A stretch of DNA of 64,000 nt from an uncultured Anaerolineales bacterium. Lineage in GTDB: Bacteria > Chloroflexota > Anaerolineae > UBA7937 > B3-Chlor. How positions within the stretch are numbered: position 1 is the first letter of the stretch; the number at the start of each line of letters is the position of its first letter. The notes beneath the pieces are model-generated. The model made no database searches. It was not told the DNA's origin and was given only the letters and a program-made list of their open reading frames with translations. The stretch is from assembly GCA_964577995.1 (NCBI GenBank), contig CAZOBP010000002.1, forward strand, positions 15,972 through 79,971, written 5' to 3'. Below, piece after piece: positions 58,399-64,000 of this stretch. A program made the translations under genes and the position numbers.

Positions 58399-59571
58399 AT
58401 GCCGCTGAAGCTGGACTTGCTCGGTCAGCGAATAACCGAGATGGTGCAGGCCAGCGCTGCGGAGGATCGCGGGCGCTGGGTCGAGAGGGCGCTACAGCTC
58501 TTGGACTCCGTCGGTCCAGAGCAGCTCAGAGCCAAGTTGGAGGAGCGTGTTGTCCGGCTGCCTTGGCTCGTGGGTATCCCTGACGGCGGCGTCAATGGAG
58601 CGTTCGAGGTGCAGGAGTGCCCTTCGAGCTTCAGTGTGGTGGCTGCGGACGGCTCCTACATAGCTCCGGATCGGCACAGTCCTTTTCGGTTCTACGTCCT
58701 CAACACTGGCTACGCCGTCCTCACCTACGGAAGGCAGCCCTCCGCTGTCCTCGACTCCTCGGCTCAACTCTACTTCCAAGAGCAAGACCTGTACCTGGAT
58801 CCTCTGGTACGGAGTGCGCCGGTAGAAGGTGCGCGCCTGAGCGCCAAGATGTGCCTGGCGGAGATGAGAGCGCTGCTGGAGGCGGCTGAGCGGGTCGAGG
58901 GACGCCCATTGGTGGCTCTGCGCGACGGGTCGCTGATCACCTGGGGGCTACAGACCGAAGACCCCGCTTTTGTACAAGAGCGATTCCTCACCGAGTTCTT
59001 GACCTACCTGGAGAGGTTCGATGCACTGGGTATTCCGCTAGTCAGTTACATCAGCTATCCAGGGGCTCGTGACGTGGTCAACTCACTCAGGGTCTGGTTG
59101 TGCACCCAGGGCGACATGGACTGCGCCAGGTGTCCATCCGCTGACGTCGAGCAGTTCTGCAGGGCCTTGAGGGAGATCCGAGACCGGGAGTTGTTCGGCT
59201 TCCTCCAGGACGGTGAGCGTTCGGATGTCTTCGGCAGCAAGTCGGCCATTCTGAATCGATATGGGCTTCATCGTATTCATTTCTTCTACATGAACGTCGG
59301 TGGCGAGGTTGTGCGGCTGGAAGCTCCTCAGTGGGTAACCGGTGACTCCCAGACGTTGCGCCTGGTGCAGGCGCTGATCTACGATCAGGCCCGGAGGAGC
59401 GCCATCCACCCGCCGTACCCTCCCGCCTTGCAGGAGGCCCATGAGGAGGCGTTCATCTCGGGGTCCGATAGACGACTGGTCCAGCTCCTGGTAGAACGCT
59501 CACTGGCAGAGCGGGGATTCGTCTACAGTGGCTCGGCGAAGAGCGGCAGCAAGAGAAGGCGAGGTGTATGA
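58399..59571 (+). CDS. nurA: NurA-domain nuclease
   Basis: VVAADGSYIAPD and ALRDGSLITWGL are typical NurA D-G-S blocks. 390 aa; the stop overlaps the next start (ATGA). Confidence 0.7.
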   Translation: MPLKLDLLGQRITEMVQASAAEDRGRWVERALQLLDSVGPEQLRAKLEERVVRLPWLVGIPDGGVNGAFEVQECPSSFSVVAADGSYIAPDRHSPFRFYVLNTGYAVLTYGRQPSAVLDSSAQLYFQEQDLYLDPLVRSAPVEGARLSAKMCLAEMRALLEAAERVEGRPLVALRDGSLITWGLQTEDPAFVQERFLTEFLTYLERFDALGIPLVSYISYPGARDVVNSLRVWLCTQGDMDCARCPSADVEQFCRALREIRDRELFGFLQDGERSDVFGSKSAILNRYGLHRIHFFYMNVGGEVVRLEAPQWVTGDSQTLRLVQALIYDQARRSAIHPPYPPALQEAHEEAFISGSDRRLVQLLVERSLAERGFVYSGSAKSGSKRRRGV

Positions 59572-60158
59572 GAATCGGGGAGATCGTCGAGAGTACCAGC
59601 ACGCACTTCGTGGCAGAGAGCCTCGACTTGGGACGCCCGCCCGAACTGGGAAGACTGGTCAAAGTGCACCTTGCAGAGGACCGCGATCTGTGCGCTGTGG
59701 TCTGCCACGGTGAGACGGGCAGCCTCGATCCGGGTCGGCGCGCCGTGCGGAGGAGCACGGAAGAGGTGTACGACGATCAGGTATATCGGGAGCACCCACA
59801 GCTCGAACACGTCCTTCGTACCCAGTTCACCAGCCTCGCGGTGGGGGTCATTGACAAGGAAGTCGTTCACCAGGGTCTGCCTTCTCAGCCTCCCCCGCTC
59901 CATTACTCTGTGCATGGGTGCGACGAGGAGGAGACGACCCGCTTCACGCAGGACCTGTACTACTTCCGTCTTCTGCTGGGGGTGCCGGTTCGGATCCCGG
60001 TGGAACTCGTTCTCGCGGGGCACCTGAGGTGGGTGTACCGCGGGCGAGGCCACGACGAGGAGTGGCTGCAAGTGGCTGCACGAGAGGTCGCGAAGCTGTT
60101 GAAGCAGGACTACGAACGGCTGGCGACCGTTCTGTACGCCATCGAGCGCGATACCTAG
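59568..60158 (+). CDS. Hypothetical protein, N-terminus resembles a HerA-type HAS-barrel
   Basis: IGEIVESTSTHFVAESLDLGRPPELGRLVKVHL follows the same pattern as the HerA N-terminus downstream (LGLVTGGTFKTGLGVRL...LRVGEMVVIE). This is similarity by eye only. Confidence 0.4.
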   Translation: MRIGEIVESTSTHFVAESLDLGRPPELGRLVKVHLAEDRDLCAVVCHGETGSLDPGRRAVRRSTEEVYDDQVYREHPQLEHVLRTQFTSLAVGVIDKEVVHQGLPSQPPPLHYSVHGCDEEETTRFTQDLYYFRLLLGVPVRIPVELVLAGHLRWVYRGRGHDEEWLQVAAREVAKLLKQDYERLATVLYAIERDT

Positions 60159-60183
60159 CTCCACAGGGAGGAGTCTTGGTGGG

Positions 60184-61797
60184 ATGAGGCGAACGCGATT
60201 AGGCTTGGTCACGGGTGGGACCTTCAAGACAGGGTTGGGGGTCAGGTTGGATGCTGACTGCACGACCGAGGACCTGCGCGTTGGGGAGATGGTCGTCATC
60301 GAAGGAGCCTCCAATCGCTACTTCGGCATGATAACCGACATGCAACTCCAGGCCACCGATCCCAGACTGCTCGCTTCTCCCCCGGAGGCTGGATCGACCC
60401 TGCTGGCGCAAGCTTTGACCGGAACCGTCAACTACGCCACGGTAGAGGTCAAACCCATGCTGATGCTGGAACTGAAAGCCGATCTCGACGAGCAGAGGGG
60501 CCCTGGACCGGTTCGGACCATACCCATGCACTTCGCCGCTCTGCGCAAGGCCAGCGCCATGGACTTCGACACCGTGTTCGGGAAGGAAGGGGGCACCAAC
60601 TTCGCTGTAGGCACGCCTGTGCCCATGGACATCCCCATCCGCCTACGTCTGGATAGGTTCGTGGAGCGCTCCAATGGCATCTTTGGTCAGTCGGGCACGG
60701 GCAAGAGCTTCCTGGCGCGGGTGCTGCTGTGCGGCGTGATCAGGACGCGTGCCGCAGCCAACCTGATCTTCGACATGCACAGCGAATATGCCTTCGACAA
60801 GCAGACCGAGGACGGTCACTTTGTGAGGGGCCTGCGCGACCTGTTTGGCCCTCAGATTCTGGTCTACTCGCTGGATGAGGGGGCTGCGGCTCGGCGTAAC
60901 GTAGACGTGACCCTGGCGGTCGGTCTGAACCAGATCGAGGCCGAGGATATCATGCTCCTGGCCGACGAACTGGACTTGACGTCTACCACGGCCGCCACGG
61001 CGGGGCTGCTGGGGGACCAGTACGGCAAGGAGTGGCTGCGCCAGCTCTTGGCGATGTCAGCGGACGACGTGGCGGAGTTCTGCCAATCCTCTGGAGCTCA
61101 TCCCGAAGCGACGCGAGCACTACAGCGCAAGCTGAGGGGGGTCCAGCGTCGTGCATATCTCAAGGAGGAGGCGCCTTTCTCCCTCATCGACGAGATGGTG
61201 GCGGCATTGGGGAGGGGCCGCAGCATCATCCTCGAGTTTGGGCGGTTCGACAGTCCTCTGGACTACATGCTGGTCGCCAACATCGTGACACGCCGCATCC
61301 GCAGGCTGTACCAGCAGAAGGTGGAGCGCTTCGAGGAGACGAAGGCTGAGTCCGACAGGCCGCTTCAGTTAGTGATCACCCTGGAGGAGGCGCACAAGTT
61401 CCTTAGCCCCGCCGTGGCCAGCCAGACCATCTTTGGGACCATCGCCCGTGAGATGCGGAAATACAACGTCACGCTGATGGTCATCGACCAGCGCCCCAGC
61501 GGTATTGACCCCGAGGTAATGTCCCAGTTGGGCACAAGGGTGACAGGCTTGCTGACCGAGGAACGGGACATAGACGCGGTCTTCACAGGGGTGGGCGGCC
61601 GCTCCTTCCTGAGAGGCGCCTTGGCCAGCCTGGACACCCGCCAGCAGGTTCTCCTGATGGGTCACGCGGTGCCCATGCCCGTGGTGGTTCAGACGCGTAC
61701 TTACGATGAGGAGTTCTACCGGGCGGTGGGGAGCTCTGGCTCCTGGACAGAGGACAGAGAGATCAACGCTACCGACATCTGGGGGAAAAAGCAGTAA
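60184..61797 (+). CDS. herA: HerA/FtsK-like hexameric ATPase (DUF87 type)
   Basis: N-terminal barrel, Walker A GQSGTGKSFL, Walker B LVITLEEAHKFL, and MVIDQRPS. Confidence 0.8.
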   Translation: MRRTRLGLVTGGTFKTGLGVRLDADCTTEDLRVGEMVVIEGASNRYFGMITDMQLQATDPRLLASPPEAGSTLLAQALTGTVNYATVEVKPMLMLELKADLDEQRGPGPVRTIPMHFAALRKASAMDFDTVFGKEGGTNFAVGTPVPMDIPIRLRLDRFVERSNGIFGQSGTGKSFLARVLLCGVIRTRAAANLIFDMHSEYAFDKQTEDGHFVRGLRDLFGPQILVYSLDEGAAARRNVDVTLAVGLNQIEAEDIMLLADELDLTSTTAATAGLLGDQYGKEWLRQLLAMSADDVAEFCQSSGAHPEATRALQRKLRGVQRRAYLKEEAPFSLIDEMVAALGRGRSIILEFGRFDSPLDYMLVANIVTRRIRRLYQQKVERFEETKAESDRPLQLVITLEEAHKFLSPAVASQTIFGTIAREMRKYNVTLMVIDQRPSGIDPEVMSQLGTRVTGLLTEERDIDAVFTGVGGRSFLRGALASLDTRQQVLLMGHAVPMPVVVQTRTYDEEFYRAVGSSGSWTEDREINATDIWGKKQ

Positions 61798-61826
61798 CAG
61801 GCGGCCGGTCTCGAGCCAGCCCCAGC

Positions 61827-64000
61827 CTACGCGGCCGAGCGTATTCTGTGAATCCAGGACTTGACGGGTCCCTGGTAGCGTTTGACGATCATCACCGTTT
61901 TCGAGCATTCCCTGGCTACACGCTCGGGCAGGGCGCCGAAGAGCAGTTGCTCGAAGAACCCCTCTTCCGTCGCTCCCAACACGACCAGGTTGGATTTCTC
62001 CGCTTCTTGCAGTATGCCCTCCAGGATGGTGGGAGCGGAGATCACTTTGGGCTCGATCGGGTAGTCAAAGGGGGCCATGGCCTTGTCCAAGATCCCCTCA
62101 CCCAGCTCTATCAGTCTCCGGTCACCGCCACGGGCGACGTAGAGCGCCGTGATGTGGGGCTGGAACCCGTTTGCTCTTTCGTACTCTCGCGCTTGAGCGA
62201 TAGCCAGCTCCAGGGCGAGAGAGGAGCTAGGTCCGCCACCCGTCGGCACCAGGATCTCGTGCAGGTCCTCTCGCTTCCTGTATCGTACCATAGCCACGTC
62301 GCACGGTGGGTTCTTGCTGACCGCATCGATGACACTGCCGAAGGCCCTTCCTTCGCCGCTGGTAGTGCCTAGCCAGCCGAGGAGAATGAGGTCGGAGTTG
62401 CGCTCGCGGGCGGTGTCAATGACGGCCTGGCTAACGTCGCGCCCGAAGCGGATCATGGTGTTCACGGGCACATCCAACGCCTTGGCCTGAGCGATCACCT
62501 CCTCCAGGATGGGCTTCCCGTGCTTGAGGAAGAACCGGCCGTCGGTGATGCTAAGTTGCTTTGGCACGCGCACCACGTGCAGAGCGAATACCTCACCGTC
62601 CTTGTCTCTGGCGATGGGCGCGGCCAGAGTGCCCAGCAGGCGTGCTTGCAGCTCATCAGCCACAGGGATGAGTATGGAGTATCTCCCCGTAGAGACTATC
62701 TCCTGGTGGATGACCTCGAAAGGCTCCTTCATGGGCTCGGTTCGGGAGGCATAGACTACGTAGAAGACCAGCCCCGCCGCGATCCAGAGCCCTCCTATGT
62801 GCCAAGCCTGGGGGCTCAAGCGAAAGAGGAAGACGATCACCGTTGCCTGAGAAATGATGCCCAAGATGGGGATCAATGGCATCAACGGGATTCTGAAACC
62901 TCTCTCCAAATCCGGCCGGAGGTGGCGCATGCGGATGGCCGTGACGTTGACCATCATGAAAAGGAGCAGGAACATGATGTCGGCGGCGCTGGCCACCGAC
63001 GTGACAGGTAGGGCCACGGCGATGAGAGCTACCAAGGTGCCAGAGATCAGTATGGCAGACTGCGGTGTGTGCCGATTCGGGTGCACCTGCCCGAAGAGTG
63101 CGGGCAGGTTGCGATCCCGACCCATGGCGAAGGAGACTCGCGACGAAGCGTAAATGGTGGCGTTCAGCGCCGACATCGTGGACATCAGGCCGCCAACTAT
63201 CATCACGAATGCTCCAAGAGGCATCAACTGACGGGCCGCCTCTATGATTGCCGTCTCCTCGAACCGTGCAAGGAACTGCCACGTTGCCATCCCCGGGATT
63301 GACGGCTCCACGGCGCCCAACGCCACGAAGGCCACTCCAAGGTAGACGGCAACTGCTACCCCTATGGCGGCGAAGGTGGCTCGTGGCAGGTTGCGCTTGG
63401 GCTCACATATCTCCTCGCCACACTGGGCAATGATCTCGTACCCTTGGAAGGCAATGGTAGTCAAGCCAGCAGCCATCACCACTCCAGCGAGGCCCGTGGG
63501 GAAGAAAGGCTCGAACCTGAACGTCCAATCTCCTTGCCGCAGCATGCTCAGCAGACCGAAGCCAACAAAGAGGCCCAGAATCGCTATCTTGGACAGGGTC
63601 AGGATGTTGCCCACCTTGCCGGTCTCGGAGACGCCTTGGAGATTGATGTACGTGAAAAGAGCAGTGATGGCGACCGCGATTGCTACGGCCAGCACGTTGG
63701 TGTCCACGAAGGTGGGGCTAAGTCCAAGTCGTTCGAGGAGATCCGCGGTATAGTGACCGAACCCCAGAGCATACAAGCTGCAGGCCACCGAGTGGCCAAA
63801 CCAGGTGATCCAGCCGCTGAGGAATCCCAATAGGGGAGAAAGAGTCTGTTTGATCCAGAGGTAGCCGCCGCCAGCATTGGGGAACATGGAGCCTAGTTCG
63901 GCGTACGAGGCAGCGGTGAAAGTCGTCATTATGCCGTTGAGCAGGAAGGCAAGGATCAGAGCTGGCCCGGCGACCCCAGCAGCGATGCCCGTCAGCACGA
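61827..64000 (-). CDS. APC-family amino-acid/polyamine permease fused to two C-terminal universal-stress-protein (USP) domains; N-terminus beyond the window
   Basis: The N-terminal region reads AELGSMFPNAGGGYLW and is multi-TM. The C-terminal ~280 aa holds two USP-like units (ILIPVAD...LILLGW; ILVPTGGG...LVVLGA). The ORF is still open at 63998. Confidence 0.85.
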   Translation of the reverse strand, partial: VLTGIAAGVAGPALILAFLLNGIMTTFTAASYAELGSMFPNAGGGYLWIKQTLSPLLGFLSGWITWFGHSVACSLYALGFGHYTADLLERLGLSPTFVDTNVLAVAIAVAITALFTYINLQGVSETGKVGNILTLSKIAILGLFVGFGLLSMLRQGDWTFRFEPFFPTGLAGVVMAAGLTTIAFQGYEIIAQCGEEICEPKRNLPRATFAAIGVAVAVYLGVAFVALGAVEPSIPGMATWQFLARFEETAIIEAARQLMPLGAFVMIVGGLMSTMSALNATIYASSRVSFAMGRDRNLPALFGQVHPNRHTPQSAILISGTLVALIAVALPVTSVASAADIMFLLLFMMVNVTAIRMRHLRPDLERGFRIPLMPLIPILGIISQATVIVFLFRLSPQAWHIGGLWIAAGLVFYVVYASRTEPMKEPFEVIHQEIVSTGRYSILIPVADELQARLLGTLAAPIARDKDGEVFALHVVRVPKQLSITDGRFFLKHGKPILEEVIAQAKALDVPVNTMIRFGRDVSQAVIDTARERNSDLILLGWLGTTSGEGRAFGSVIDAVSKNPPCDVAMVRYRKREDLHEILVPTGGGPSSSLALELAIAQAREYERANGFQPHITALYVARGGDRRLIELGEGILDKAMAPFDYPIEPKVISAPTILEGILQEAEKSNLVVLGATEEGFFEQLLFGALPERVARECSKTVMIVKRYQGPVKSWIHRIRSAA

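Overview
A 64-kb, roughly 60% GC, densely coding bacterial chromosomal segment. Gene content (HppA, LCP, Flp-type pilins, NurA/HerA, many PAS/GAF kinases) is reminiscent of Chloroflexota, but that is only a guess. I recognised no rRNA, tRNA, CRISPR array, transposase or integrase. Blocks: (1) 1-8.6 kb is CoA-thioester metabolism: a CoA-transferase fragment, hisC, two acyl-CoA dehydrogenases, a three-subunit molybdenum hydroxylase of the 4-hydroxybenzoyl-CoA-reductase type, an epimerase and a B12-binding subunit. (2) 9-21.5 kb is a signalling and surface locus headed by a sigma70-like promoter, a c-di-GMP-I riboswitch and a terminator. It is followed by an HTH gene, a TadZ/CpaE-like gene, a TPR gene, two Flp-prepilin fusion proteins, Hpt, two CheY-like genes, a GGDEF gene and a 1451-aa PAS/GAF kinase. 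(3) 21.7-36.7 kb holds a ferredoxin, a GAF-kinase/gdhA/OmpR-regulator operon, and a tight 7-gene redox operon (NuoE-like, NuoF-like, Fe-S protein, HdrA-MvhD, FrhB-like, two glutamate-synthase-like proteins). (4) 37-42 kb is an ArsR/MFS/ABC efflux operon. (5) 42.4-54 kb holds htrA, rsfS, Sir2, an Ndk variant, a 1136-aa TPR protein with an acidic PxWL repeat array, HDAC, LCP and hppA. (6) 54.6-64 kb holds phoU, a coiled-coil gene, selB, nurA-x-herA and an APC-USP transporter. The best candidates for something undescribed are the riboswitch-headed Flp-fusion locus, the HdrA/NuoEF/FrhB/GltS-like operon and the three-gene NurA/HerA module. Four genes carry single lesions (in-frame TAG, in-frame TAA, a 1-nt frameshift, a missing canonical start). 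Every family assignment rests on motifs I read by eye; no database search was run.
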